Source: Candidatus Dormiibacterota bacterium (lineage in GTDB: Bacteria; Chloroflexota; Dormibacteria; CF-121). From it: a DNA stretch of 46,868 nt. Where the stretch lies: assembly GCA_035947855.1 (NCBI GenBank), contig DASZJR010000147.1:1-46868 (forward strand). Direction: 5' to 3'. A model generated the notes under the pieces. It was given only the letters and a program-made list of their open reading frames with translations. It was not told the origin of the DNA and made no database searches. The translations under genes were made by a program, and so were the position numbers. Shown in pieces: positions 1 through 8,660 of this stretch (positions are counted from its first letter, which is position 1; each line of letters begins with the position of its first letter).

Positions 1-281
1 GCGAGGTCCTGGCCATCGGGCTCGAGGGCAACCGCCTGCTCGTAGACGTAGAAATAGACGTTTTCGAAGGTCCAGCTGCCGAGCTGGCGTTCCCGGAAGC
101 CGGCCTGCAGGCGGCGATCCTGCTCACCAGCCGAGAACAGAGCGTTCGCGGATTCGTAGATCGCCTTCAGGATCCGAAGCTGGGCTTCGAGTTCCTCGAT
201 GATGACGACCGAACCGCGCTCGAACTTGAGCTTGGCGATCCGGCGGCGCAGATCGTTGATCTCGAGCATGTATTCGTCCAT
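1..281 (-). CDS. hypothetical protein (N-terminal part; gene continues beyond the window start)
   Basis: Absent from the ORF track because there is no stop in the window. A reverse-strand ATG at 281-279 opens MDEYMLEINDLRRRIAKLKFERGSVVIIEELEAQLRILKAIYESANALF... The frame stays open, with G/C-rich third positions, down to nt 1. Confidence 0.45.
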   Translation of the reverse strand, partial: MDEYMLEINDLRRRIAKLKFERGSVVIIEELEAQLRILKAIYESANALFSAGEQDRRLQAGFRERQLGSWTFENVYFYVYEQAVALEPDGQDL

Positions 282-360
282 GGGTCAAGTTTATTCAAGA
301 ATCGCCGCGAGCAACAGGCCCGGAAGGCCCCCAGAGGCAGAAGGTAACGCGCGCCGCGGC

Positions 361-2376
361 TTAGTGAAGCAGCGAGTGGGCGGCGACCATGGGTGCGATC
401 AAGATCGCGATGATATTCACGACCTTGATCATGGGGTTGATCGCCGGCCCGGCCGTGTCTTTGTTGGGATCGCCCACGGTATCGCCGGTAACGGCGGCGG
501 CATGCGTCTCCGTGCCCTTCCCACCGTAGTGGCCGTCCTCGATGTACTTCTTGGCGTTATCCCAGGCGCCGCCGCCCGACGTCATCTGGATCGCGAGGAA
601 GATGCCAGTCACGATCGACCCAATGAGCATGCCGCCCAGCGCCTTCGGTCCGAGGCTGAAGCCCACCAGCAGCGGCGCGGCCACCGGGATCAGCCCGGGG
701 ATGATCATTTCTCGTTGGGCCGCGCGCGTGACGAGATCGACCGCCCGGCCGTATTCCGGCTGCGCAGTTCCTTCCAGTAGGCCCTTGATTTCGCGAAACT
801 GGCGGCGGACTTCGACTACGACCTGGCCAGCGGCCCGGCCGACCGCAAGCATGCTCAAGGAACCAAATACGTACGGCAGGATGCCGCCGAAAAAGAGCCC
901 GACGACCACTAACGGATCAGTTAGATCAAATGCCAGATGCGCGCCGCGCCCGACCTCTTGGGTATAGGACGAGAAGAGCACTAACGCGGCGAGCCCTGCG
1001 GAGCCAATCGCGTAGCCCTTGGTGACGGCCTTCGTGGTATTGCCCACAGCGTCGAGCGGATCGGTGATGTTCCGGACGGAATCGGGCAGTTTCGCCATCT
1101 CGGCGATGCCGCCAGCATTGTCGGTGATCGGCCCATAGGCATCGATGGCCACGATGATGCCGGTCATCGACAGCATCGACATGGCGGCGATGGCGATGCC
1201 GTACAGGCCGAAGTCACCGGCCGACGGCTGCTGATTGAGAAAGAAGGCAATCAAGATCCCGGCCCCGATGACGAGCACCGGCAGGGCCGTGCTGATCATG
1301 CCGATCGCCTGGCCCGCAATGATGTTCGTCGCAGCGCCGGTCGTTGAGGCGCGCGCAATCAGCCGCACGGGTGGATAGTCGGCGCTGGTGAAGAACTCGG
1401 TGATACCGACCAGGGCGATCGTCACCACGACGCCGACCACCGCGGCCCAGAAGAGATTGATATCCAGGCCGATCAGGAGAGTCACCGCCAGGAAGCCGGC
1501 CAGGGCCAGCACGGCGCTGACGCCGAGACCACGATAGAGCGCGCCCATGATCCAGGAGCTGCGGCCCAGCCGCACGAAGAATGTTCCGATCACCGTCGCA
1601 ATGATCGAAATGGCGCCCAAGATCAGCGGATAGAGGACGTACTGAACCTTTCCGGGGAACAGGAGGCTGCCCAGCAGCATGGCGGCAATCGCGGTCACGG
1701 CATAGGTCTCGAACAGGTCCGCCGCCATGCCGGCGCAGTCACCCACGTTGTCGCCGACGTTGTCCGCGATGACCGCGGGATTGCGCGGATCATCTTCGGG
1801 AATGCCGGCTTCGACTTTGCCGACCAGGTCGGCGCCGACGTCGGCCGCCTTGGTGAAGATGCCGCCACCGAGGCGGGCGAAGACACTGATCAGGCTGGCT
1901 CCGAACGCGAGCCCGACCAGGGACTGGGGTTTTTGAAAGACCCAATACGAGACCGCGACGCCCAGCAATCCAAGTCCGACGACGAACAGGCCTGTCACGG
2001 CGCCGCCGCGGAACGCGAGCTGCAGCGCCGCATCGAGCCCGCGGGTGGCCGCCTGCGCGGTCCGCACGTTCGCCCGCACGGAGACGTACATTCCCACGTA
2101 GCCGGCCAGCGCCGAGCACGCAGCGCCCACGACATAGAGCACGCCGGTCTCCCAGTTGATGGCAAACGTGAGCACCAACGCCAGGACGATGCCGATGACC
2201 GCGATCGTGGCGTACTGCCGGTTGAGATAGGCGGCCGCGCCCTCCTGGATGGCGCGTGCGATCCGTCCCATCGTCTCGTTTCCCGCGTTGGCCGCGAGCA
2301 CCCAGCGCGTCAGCAGCCCGCCATATGCCAGTGCAATCAATGCCGCGACGCTAACGAGAGCCAGGACAGCCGTCAC
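361..2376 (-). CDS. hppA: membrane-bound H+-translocating pyrophosphatase, K+-independent type
   Basis: 671-aa polytopic ORF with H+-PPase hallmarks ([48 protein letters not shown]). [10 protein letters not shown] carries Lys at the known Ala/Lys K+-dependence switch. Confidence 0.95.
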   Translation of the reverse strand: MTAVLALVSVAALIALAYGGLLTRWVLAANAGNETMGRIARAIQEGAAAYLNRQYATIAVIGIVLALVLTFAINWETGVLYVVGAACSALAGYVGMYVSVRANVRTAQAATRGLDAALQLAFRGGAVTGLFVVGLGLLGVAVSYWVFQKPQSLVGLAFGASLISVFARLGGGIFTKAADVGADLVGKVEAGIPEDDPRNPAVIADNVGDNVGDCAGMAADLFETYAVTAIAAMLLGSLLFPGKVQYVLYPLILGAISIIATVIGTFFVRLGRSSWIMGALYRGLGVSAVLALAGFLAVTLLIGLDINLFWAAVVGVVVTIALVGITEFFTSADYPPVRLIARASTTGAATNIIAGQAIGMISTALPVLVIGAGILIAFFLNQQPSAGDFGLYGIAIAAMSMLSMTGIIVAIDAYGPITDNAGGIAEMAKLPDSVRNITDPLDAVGNTTKAVTKGYAIGSAGLAALVLFSSYTQEVGRGAHLAFDLTDPLVVVGLFFGGILPYVFGSLSMLAVGRAAGQVVVEVRRQFREIKGLLEGTAQPEYGRAVDLVTRAAQREMIIPGLIPVAAPLLVGFSLGPKALGGMLIGSIVTGIFLAIQMTSGGGAWDNAKKYIEDGHYGGKGTETHAAAVTGDTVGDPNKDTAGPAINPMIKVVNIIAILIAPMVAAHSLLH

Positions 2377-2483
2377 TGTCGAGTCATTGATGGTTATTGT
2401 GGCCGCGACGAACAGGTTCAGCGCCTCCCTACCTTAGTGTCGGCGTTCCAAAAAAGGCCCGCCGTATTGTACCGTCCGAACGC

Positions 2484-3116
2484 CTATGACCTCGGACGAC
2501 CAAAGAGCGCAAGGACCTGGTCCCGGATCCACTTCGGCGGCGGCACACCGCCCGGCCGCAGGTGGTCTTTCGCGACCATGACGTCCTCGGCGGGCGCAGG
2601 TGACGATATCTCACGTTTGGGCGGCGCCACGAAGCCCACGCCCAGCGTCTCCGCCAGGTCGCGAATGCGGGCGAAGAAGCCCGAGGTGTGCGGTGAGCGC
2701 TCCAGTTGCAGACCGGTGAAATCGTAGTGATGTACCCATTCGTGCAGGAGGGTCTCGAGAAAGACCTTGGGGGCGAGCACCTGCTGCCGAATCGCCGTCA
2801 GGTTGTAGATCCGGATGGACCCGCGCCGCGGTGTTGACTCCCAGGCGATCCGGTAGTAGCCGTAGGTTTTGACTTCGAGTTTGCCCCCGCGTGTGCGGTG
2901 GCGCTGCGGACGGTCGGCCACCGTCAGCTTGCAGGGTGGAAGGCCCGCGGCCTCGTCGAGGACGTCGAGCAGGGCCTGGCCTCGTGCTTGCCGTCCGGCT
3001 GCCGTCGTCTCGTCCAGGATCGAGAGCGCTATGCCTTTTCCGAGGGGAAACTCGCGCCACGTGACCGATTCAACGCCCTTGCTGCGATCGTAGGCGGATC
3101 TGGGCATTCCTGTCAT
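2484..3116 (-). CDS. HExxH-motif protein, possible SprT/WLM-like zinc metallopeptidase fold
   Basis: Track ORF 2484..3296 trimmed to Met61 (ATG 3116-3114), because the upstream part overlaps the divergent cinA-like gene. Contains LLHEWVHHYDF. Family assignment is tentative. Confidence 0.5.
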   Translation of the reverse strand: MTGMPRSAYDRSKGVESVTWREFPLGKGIALSILDETTAAGRQARGQALLDVLDEAAGLPPCKLTVADRPQRHRTRGGKLEVKTYGYYRIAWESTPRRGSIRIYNLTAIRQQVLAPKVFLETLLHEWVHHYDFTGLQLERSPHTSGFFARIRDLAETLGVGFVAPPKREISSPAPAEDVMVAKDHLRPGGVPPPKWIRDQVLALFGRPRS

Positions 3117-3125
3117 TATGGGCGC

Positions 3126-3899
3126 GTGCCGCAGTCGAGCATCATCGTCGTCGGCAACGAGATCCTCCGCGGATTCACGGTCGACACCAACTCCAACTGG
3201 CTTGCGGGTCGATTGTTCCAGTGTGGGTTTCCGGTGCGGATGATGACGACCATTGGCGACGTCGACGAGGACATCGTCGCGGCAATCCGTGAACATGTGG
3301 CACGCTCCGAGCTCTCACGGATCTTCGTCTGTGGTGGGCTTGGTCCGACGCCGGACGATCGGACCTATGTCGCGTTGGCCCGCGCGCTCGACCAGCGCCT
3401 CGTCTACCGACGCGAGGTCGGGGCGCAGATGCAGAACCTGATGTTCATCATGAACATGGCGGCGCGCCGCGGTACTGCCGGGCTCAATGCCGGCAACCGG
3501 CGGATGGCGATGCTGCCCGAGGGAGCGATGCTCGTGCGCAACGGCGCGGGCATGGCCCCCGGTCTCGCGTTCGACCTGGGGCAGGATCGCTACGTCTTTG
3601 CCCTGCCGGGTGTGCCACACGAGCTTCGCTCGGTCTACGAAGACATCGAAATTCGTTACCTGACGGGCAGTCATGGTGACGCGGTCCGGGAGCTGCACTA
3701 CCAGCTCGCGCCGGAGAGCATGTTCCACGACGTCATGAGGGACCTCGAGCGCGAGTATCCGGACGTGTCGCTGGGATCGTATCCGCAGACGGAAACACGC
3801 GAGCTCATCCTGCGGGCATCCGGGCCCGATCCCGACCGAGTCGAGGCCGTGATCAACGCCATCCGCGACCGCGTCAAACAGTTCACGCCGGTCGGCTGA
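3126..3899 (+). CDS. CinA-like molybdopterin-binding (MoCF-biosynthesis) domain protein, lacking a PncC deamidase domain
   Basis: Track ORF 2898..3899 trimmed to an in-frame GTG at 3126. IIVVGNEILRGFTVDTNSNWLA and IFVCGGLGPTPDDRT are typical CinA N-terminal domain motifs. Confidence 0.8.
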   Translation: MPQSSIIVVGNEILRGFTVDTNSNWLAGRLFQCGFPVRMMTTIGDVDEDIVAAIREHVARSELSRIFVCGGLGPTPDDRTYVALARALDQRLVYRREVGAQMQNLMFIMNMAARRGTAGLNAGNRRMAMLPEGAMLVRNGAGMAPGLAFDLGQDRYVFALPGVPHELRSVYEDIEIRYLTGSHGDAVRELHYQLAPESMFHDVMRDLEREYPDVSLGSYPQTETRELILRASGPDPDRVEAVINAIRDRVKQFTPVG

Positions 3900-3915
3900 T
3901 TCGTCTAACGGGGCC

Positions 3916-3952
3916 CGACCCTACCCCTCCGGCCAGCCGGGTGAGGGAAATC
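3916..3952 (+). repeat. REP-like hairpin element, copy C (degenerate stem)
   Basis: cgaccctacccctccggccagccgggtgagggaaatc aligns with the copies at 18471, 24845, 34454 and 40253. Lies between convergent stops at 3899 and 3958. Confidence 0.6.
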
Positions 3953-3957
3953 TCTGG

Positions 3958-4767
3958 CTATTTGCCTTTGAATTCGGGCTGTTGCTTGGCGACGAAGGAC
4001 ATGATGCCGATCATGGCGTCCTCGGTCATGGCCGCTTTCCCGAAGTTCTCCGCCTCGACTTCGAACCCTTTGCCCGGGGATCGCTCCAGGCCCGCCAGCA
4101 GCGCCTCTTTCGCCAGGCGCAGGGCGATCGGCGCGGCCTGCGCCAGCTTGCGGGCGCGCGCGAGCGCGGCCTCATGAAAGCCATCAGCGGGGATCGCCGC
4201 CGTGATCAACCCGATAGAAGCCGCTTCGGGCGCTTTCAGCCGTAACGACTCGAAGATCATTTCCGTCGCGCGCGCGCGACCCACGAGACGGGGGAGTCGC
4301 TGGGTCCCACCCGCGCCCGGGATCAGCCCAACGTTCGGTTCGGTCTGACCGATCGTCGAGCGGCCATCGTCGATCATCAGCCGGTAGTCGCACACGAGCG
4401 CCAGCTCGCACCCGCCGCCAAGAGCATGCCCATTGATGGCGGCGATCAGGGGTTTGGGGAAATGCTCGATCTCGCTGAACGCGGCCTGGCTGCGGCGCGA
4501 CATCTGCGCCACCCGCTCCAGCGTCTCGGGATTCTCCCGATCGAACCCACCGTCGCCACCCATGGACTTGAGGTCCGCGCCGGCCATGAAATAACGGTCG
4601 ATGGCGCTGGTCAGCAGCACGACTCGCGTCGCATCGTCGTCTTTGAGCGGGTTGAGTGCGTTGATCAACTCTTCCTGGAGCTCGGGCACCAGGGCGTTGA
4701 CCGGCGGCCGGTTCATCCGAATTGTCGTCACAAAGTCGGTCGTCGAGACGTCCAGCAGGCCGGCCAT
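3958..4767 (-). CDS. enoyl-CoA hydratase/isomerase (crotonase family)
   Basis: FMAGADLKSM and INGHALGGGCELALVCDYR crotonase motifs. The ATG at 4767 overlaps the TGA of the upstream SDR gene (TGATG). Confidence 0.9.
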   Translation of the reverse strand: MAGLLDVSTTDFVTTIRMNRPPVNALVPELQEELINALNPLKDDDATRVVLLTSAIDRYFMAGADLKSMGGDGGFDRENPETLERVAQMSRRSQAAFSEIEHFPKPLIAAINGHALGGGCELALVCDYRLMIDDGRSTIGQTEPNVGLIPGAGGTQRLPRLVGRARATEMIFESLRLKAPEAASIGLITAAIPADGFHEAALARARKLAQAAPIALRLAKEALLAGLERSPGKGFEVEAENFGKAAMTEDAMIGIMSFVAKQQPEFKGK

Positions 4768-5600
4768 CAAAACGTGAACAGGTCCAGGCCGCCGGTTACC
4801 GGAAGGGCCACGCCGGTGATGTACCCGGCGGCGGGTGAGCAGAGGAACGTGATCGCGTTGGCAATGTCCTCTGGTTCGCCCGGACGGCGGAGCGCCACGC
4901 GCTTGATCATGCGTTCGTTCATGTCGGGACGGCCCATCTTGAAGGCCTCGGTGCCGATGATGCCGGGCACGATGGCGTTGACCGTAATGTTGTAGCGGGC
5001 GCCCTCCAACGCGAGCGTTCGTGCCAGGCCGACCAGCCCGGCCTTGGTCGTTGAATAGCTCGCCTGCCCAAAGCCTCCCAGCGCGCCGGCGATCGACGAC
5101 ATCATGATGATCCGGCCCCAGTTCCGCTGCTTCATGTGGGGCCAGACGGCCTTCGAGACATTGAACGCGCCAGTCAGGTTGACTTTCAGGTCGCGGTCCC
5201 AGAGCGCGTCGACCTGGTTGTCGACGGTCCCCATGTGGTCGAGTGTGCCGGCGTTGTTCACCAGGATGTCGAGGCTGCCGAACTCTTGAACGACGTGGTC
5301 GACGACCTGCTTGACTTGTTCGCGATTCGTCACGTCCATCTTCAGGGCGACCGAACGCCGCCCCATCTCACGAATCTCGCTTGAGGTCTTCTCCGAATAA
5401 ACGGCCTTCTGCGACGCCATCGCCTGCGAGAGCACGCTTTGCGAGGCTTCCGCCGTCTTCTCCAGCTCCGGATCGCTTTCGATCAGGATGTCGGTCACGA
5501 CCACGTCGGCGCCGGCACGGCCCAGCGCCAGGCAGTCGGCCCGGCCAAGGCCGCGCGACCCGCCCGTCACCAGCGCGACTTTCCCCTTCAAGTCGATCAT
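4767..5600 (-). CDS. SDR-family oxidoreductase (3-hydroxyacyl-CoA / 3-oxoacyl reductase-like)
   Basis: Track ORF trimmed to MIDLKGKVALVTGGSRGLG (ATG 5600). Has the TGxxxGxG Rossmann motif, NNAG, and the S...YxxxK catalytic pattern (SYSTTKAG). Confidence 0.9.
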   Translation of the reverse strand: MIDLKGKVALVTGGSRGLGRADCLALGRAGADVVVTDILIESDPELEKTAEASQSVLSQAMASQKAVYSEKTSSEIREMGRRSVALKMDVTNREQVKQVVDHVVQEFGSLDILVNNAGTLDHMGTVDNQVDALWDRDLKVNLTGAFNVSKAVWPHMKQRNWGRIIMMSSIAGALGGFGQASYSTTKAGLVGLARTLALEGARYNITVNAIVPGIIGTEAFKMGRPDMNERMIKRVALRRPGEPEDIANAITFLCSPAAGYITGVALPVTGGLDLFTF

Positions 5601-5602
5601 GA

Positions 5603-6829
5603 CTAGCTCGCCTTCCGGATCAGTGGCTTCGGTTGTTCGCGCGTCAGCGGGCGGCGCTCGCCGGAGATCGCTCGAGAGATGACCAGCCGCTGGATCTCGG
5701 AGGTTCCTTCCCAGATCTGGTAGATCTTGGCGTCGCGCATCCACTTCTCGACGGGATACTCGCGAATGTAGCCGTTTCCGCCCAGGACCTGGACGGCGTC
5801 CACCGTGACCTGCATCGCCATATCGGCGGCAAAGGCCTTCGCCATGCTGCCCTCGGCGCGGGTGAAGAGCATGTTGTTCTGCGCCATCCAGCCCGCTCGC
5901 CAGGTAAGCAGGCGCGCGGCGTCGATGTTGATCGCCATCTCGGCCAGCTTGAAGCCGATGCCCTCGTGCTTGATGATCGGCTTGCCGAAGGCCACGCGCT
6001 GCTGCGCGTAGTCGAGTGCGTACTCATAGGCGGCGCGGGCGATGCCGAGCGAGCCGGCGGCGACAGCGGGCCGCGAGTACTCGAGCATTTGCAGCGCGCC
6101 CAGGGCGCCGGGACCGGCATCGGGGTCACCGGGCTCGCCGCCAAGGCGATTCTCCGTCGGGACAAAGCAGTCCTGCAGGATCACCTGCGCCGTGTGCGAG
6201 GCGCGCACACCGAGTTTCTTCTCTTTCCGGCCCATGCTGAGGCCTTTGTTGCCCTTCTCGACGACGAAGGCCGCGATGCCGGCTGCGCCGATGTTCGGGT
6301 CGGTGTTGGCGAAGATCACGTGCAGGTCGGCTATGCCGCCGTTGGTGATGAACTGCTTGGTGCCGTTGATCAGGTAGCCACCGTCGACCTTCTTCGCCGT
6401 GGTCGTGATCGCCATGGCGTCGCTACCGGTGCCGGGCTCGGTCAGTCCCATGGCACCCACGACCGGGCTCTTGGCACTGCAAAACTCGCGGATCCATTTT
6501 TGCTTCTGCGCCTCGCTACCCATCGCGAGGATGGCAGTCGCGGCCAGCCCCGTGCCGGTGATGGCCACCGCGATGCCGGCGCAGCCCCAGTGGAGCTCTT
6601 CGGCGATCAGCATGTTGGAAATCATGTCGAGGCCGCCACCACCGTAGGCTTCCGGCATCACGGCGACCGGTGTCAGCCCCACTTCGTGGGCCTTCTTCAA
6701 CACCGGCCAGGGGAACTCCTCGGTCTCGTCGTAGTGCGGCGCCACCGGCCGGATCTCTTTCTCGGCGAATTCGTGGGCGAGCGCCTTGATGTCTTCTTGC
6801 TCGGCGGTCAACGTGAAGTCAAGCGGCAT
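5603..6829 (-). CDS. acyl-CoA dehydrogenase
   Basis: Track ORF trimmed to [28 protein letters not shown]. Typical ACAD N/M/C layout ([44 protein letters not shown]). Confidence 0.95.
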   Translation of the reverse strand: MPLDFTLTAEQEDIKALAHEFAEKEIRPVAPHYDETEEFPWPVLKKAHEVGLTPVAVMPEAYGGGGLDMISNMLIAEELHWGCAGIAVAITGTGLAATAILAMGSEAQKQKWIREFCSAKSPVVGAMGLTEPGTGSDAMAITTTAKKVDGGYLINGTKQFITNGGIADLHVIFANTDPNIGAAGIAAFVVEKGNKGLSMGRKEKKLGVRASHTAQVILQDCFVPTENRLGGEPGDPDAGPGALGALQMLEYSRPAVAAGSLGIARAAYEYALDYAQQRVAFGKPIIKHEGIGFKLAEMAINIDAARLLTWRAGWMAQNNMLFTRAEGSMAKAFAADMAMQVTVDAVQVLGGNGYIREYPVEKWMRDAKIYQIWEGTSEIQRLVISRAISGERRPLTREQPKPLIRKAS

Positions 6830-7271
6830 GGGTTGAGCTCCTTTGTGGCGGGAACTCGGCCTCCGCCACACCTTTGTTGAAGACTTTCTCTCCGCGTTGA
6901 TTGGTCACGACCAGGTTGATCAGCACGCGTCGTGTCGCATCGTCCTTCGACGCGACGCTTCCCGAGACGGTCACGTCGTCACCAGGCAGAACCATCCCGG
7001 CGAAGCGCCCCTGAAGACGCTTGAGCCGGGAACGATCGCCCAGCCAGTCGGTCACCATTTGGTTGGCGAAGGCCATCGTCAGCATCCCATGGGCGATTAC
7101 GCCGGGCAGGCCGGCGGAGCGCGCGAAGCCGTCGTCCAGGTGGATCGGGTTGCGGTCGCCGGAGGCCTCTGCGTACTGACGGATCTGCTCGACCGTGACG
7201 TGCTTGGTCAACGAGGGCAACGCGTGCCCAGCGCTCACGTTTTCGAAATCCACGGCACTCATGGTTTTCAT
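6819..7271 (-). CDS. MaoC-like (R)-specific enoyl-CoA hydratase, catalytic hot-dog subunit
   Basis: [33 protein letters not shown] is the hydratase-2 motif. Overlaps neighbours by 11 and 4 nt. Confidence 0.9.
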   Translation of the reverse strand: MKTMSAVDFENVSAGHALPSLTKHVTVEQIRQYAEASGDRNPIHLDDGFARSAGLPGVIAHGMLTMAFANQMVTDWLGDRSRLKRLQGRFAGMVLPGDDVTVSGSVASKDDATRRVLINLVVTNQRGEKVFNKGVAEAEFPPQRSSTHAA

Positions 7272-7669
7272 GGCTTCCGAATAATGAAGAGGGCCGTGCC
7301 ATCCGAGACCGGCTGACCCTGTTCATCGATCGCTTTGAGTTCGAACGTGACCAGGTCCATGTCGCCGCGCGTGTTGATCGCGGTCAGGCGCCCGGTGGTG
7401 CGGATGCGATCGCCCGGACGGACCGGCCTTTGGAAACGAAAGCGCTGTTCACCGTGCACCAGGTGCGCGACGTCCAGGGCCACCTCCTGGTCGGTCCAGA
7501 GCTGCCAGTAGGCGTCGAAGCCGTAGACCATGGCGTAAGTCGGTGGCGCAATCAACTCGCCGTCCTCCCGCAGGTCGCCCACGGCCGCCATATAGTCCCG
7601 TATCGACTGCTCGGTGACTTGATAGGGCGCCGTCTCGTAGCTCCGGCCGACCCAGCGCGCGTCCGTCAC
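7268..7669 (-). CDS. MaoC_dehydrat_N / FAS1-like hot-dog subunit (HadA/ChsH-type non-catalytic partner)
   Basis: 133 aa, YQVTEQSIRDYMAAVGD...IAPPTYAMV, hot-dog-like, immediately upstream of and overlapping the MaoC gene. Confidence 0.75.
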   Translation of the reverse strand: MTDARWVGRSYETAPYQVTEQSIRDYMAAVGDLREDGELIAPPTYAMVYGFDAYWQLWTDQEVALDVAHLVHGEQRFRFQRPVRPGDRIRTTGRLTAINTRGDMDLVTFELKAIDEQGQPVSDGTALFIIRKP

Positions 7670-7986
7670 TACTGCAACAGCCCCTGCAGTTTCATCGCCA
7701 GCCCCATGTCGCCCTTGACCTTGAGCTTCTGCTGCATGAACGCCGTCACGGGGTTCAATTTGCCGGTGGCGATGCTCATCCAGTCATCCGTGGTGGCGAT
7801 CAGCGTCGTGTTGGGGCTCTGCGCCGGCCCCTGGGTGAGGGTGGGCGCTCCGTTTGCGATCTGCAGGGTCCACGATTCACCGCTCAGGTCGAACTGGTAG
7901 GTCGCATTCAGACCCGCCGACTTCTCCGGGTGGGACTTGATGCGATTCTGGATCTCGGTGAAAACTTCCTTGGCTTCAGGCATGTG
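7669..7986 (-). CDS. SCP2 sterol/lipid-carrier domain protein
   Basis: Track ORF trimmed to MPEAKEVF. ATYQFDLSG....IATTDDWMSIATGKLNPVTAFMQQKLKVKGDMGLAMKLQ matches the SCP2 fold signature. Confidence 0.8.
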   Translation of the reverse strand, partial: HMPEAKEVFTEIQNRIKSHPEKSAGLNATYQFDLSGESWTLQIANGAPTLTQGPAQSPNTTLIATTDDWMSIATGKLNPVTAFMQQKLKVKGDMGLAMKLQGLLQ

Positions 7987-8632
7987 TGCCTCCTTCTTGT
8001 GATAGCGAGCTTGGGATCGACGCGGCGCCATCGAGGAACAGGCTGGCGCACGCCTGGGCGAGCGCAGCGGCGCTCATGGACGGCTCGTTGACGCGCTGAA
8101 AGTGCTGCCAGTAGGCGAGCTGGGCCGCCATACCGAGGAGCGCGAAGGCCGCCAGCGCGGTCTCCCGCACACCGAGCTCACTGAGGGTCGGCACGAAGGC
8201 GGCCGCCAGGGTCTGATGCAACTCGGTCTGCCGAGCCTCGAAACGCTCGTCGATGCCCAGCCCCTCGATCGTCAGCCGGCGGTTCCATGCGGCGTACTCC
8301 TGATAGAAGTCGAAAAACGCCTCGAGCCCGGCCGCGAGCCGTCGGGGGGCGTCGGTCTCATCGCGGGTGGCCCAGTAGATCCGGCGGCGGAGCAGCGTCG
8401 CCATCTCGTTCTGTAGCGCTGCGAAAACACCTTTCTTGTCAGTGAAGTAGAGATAAAACGCACCCTGGGAAAGGCCGGCCGCCTGCACGACGGCACTCAC
8501 GGTCGTGCCGTGGTAGCCGTCACGTTCGAAGACCTTGCGGGCGGCTTCCAGGAGCTCGCCACGGCGCACCCACTGCCGCTCGGTCAGTGGCGATTCGCTG
8601 GCGGTCCGGCTACTGACTGACACGTCAGTCAC
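7976..8632 (-). CDS. TetR/AcrR-family transcriptional regulator
   Basis: N-terminal HTH RRGELLEAARKVFERDGYHGTTVSAVVQAAGLSQGAFYLYFTDKKGVF. First gene of the overlapped operon. Confidence 0.9.
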   Translation of the reverse strand: MTDVSVSSRTASESPLTERQWVRRGELLEAARKVFERDGYHGTTVSAVVQAAGLSQGAFYLYFTDKKGVFAALQNEMATLLRRRIYWATRDETDAPRRLAAGLEAFFDFYQEYAAWNRRLTIEGLGIDERFEARQTELHQTLAAAFVPTLSELGVRETALAAFALLGMAAQLAYWQHFQRVNEPSMSAAALAQACASLFLDGAASIPSSLSQEGGTHA

Positions 8633-8660
8633 CAGCCTAGCAGGTTCCTCGACCGGCTGT

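Noticed and set aside
2440-2470. Terminator downstream of the HExxH gene (T6 run on the minus strand at ~2443-2448), and a TACAAT -10 for hppA
   Set aside because: I could not find a convincing G/C-rich stem preceding the T-run or an acceptable -35. The evidence is too weak to list as a feature.
5633-6880. 415-aa plus-strand ORF antisense to the acyl-CoA dehydrogenase gene. The same applies to 10453-11847(+), 10481-11713(-), 12583-13800(-), 30541-31845(-), 27562-28389(-), 41970-43037(-) and 45321-46451(+)
   Set aside because: These are shadow ORFs opposite to, or out of frame with, genes that have clear family motifs. Their products are low-complexity and Arg/Gly/Asp-rich, which is expected in GC-rich DNA lacking stop codons.
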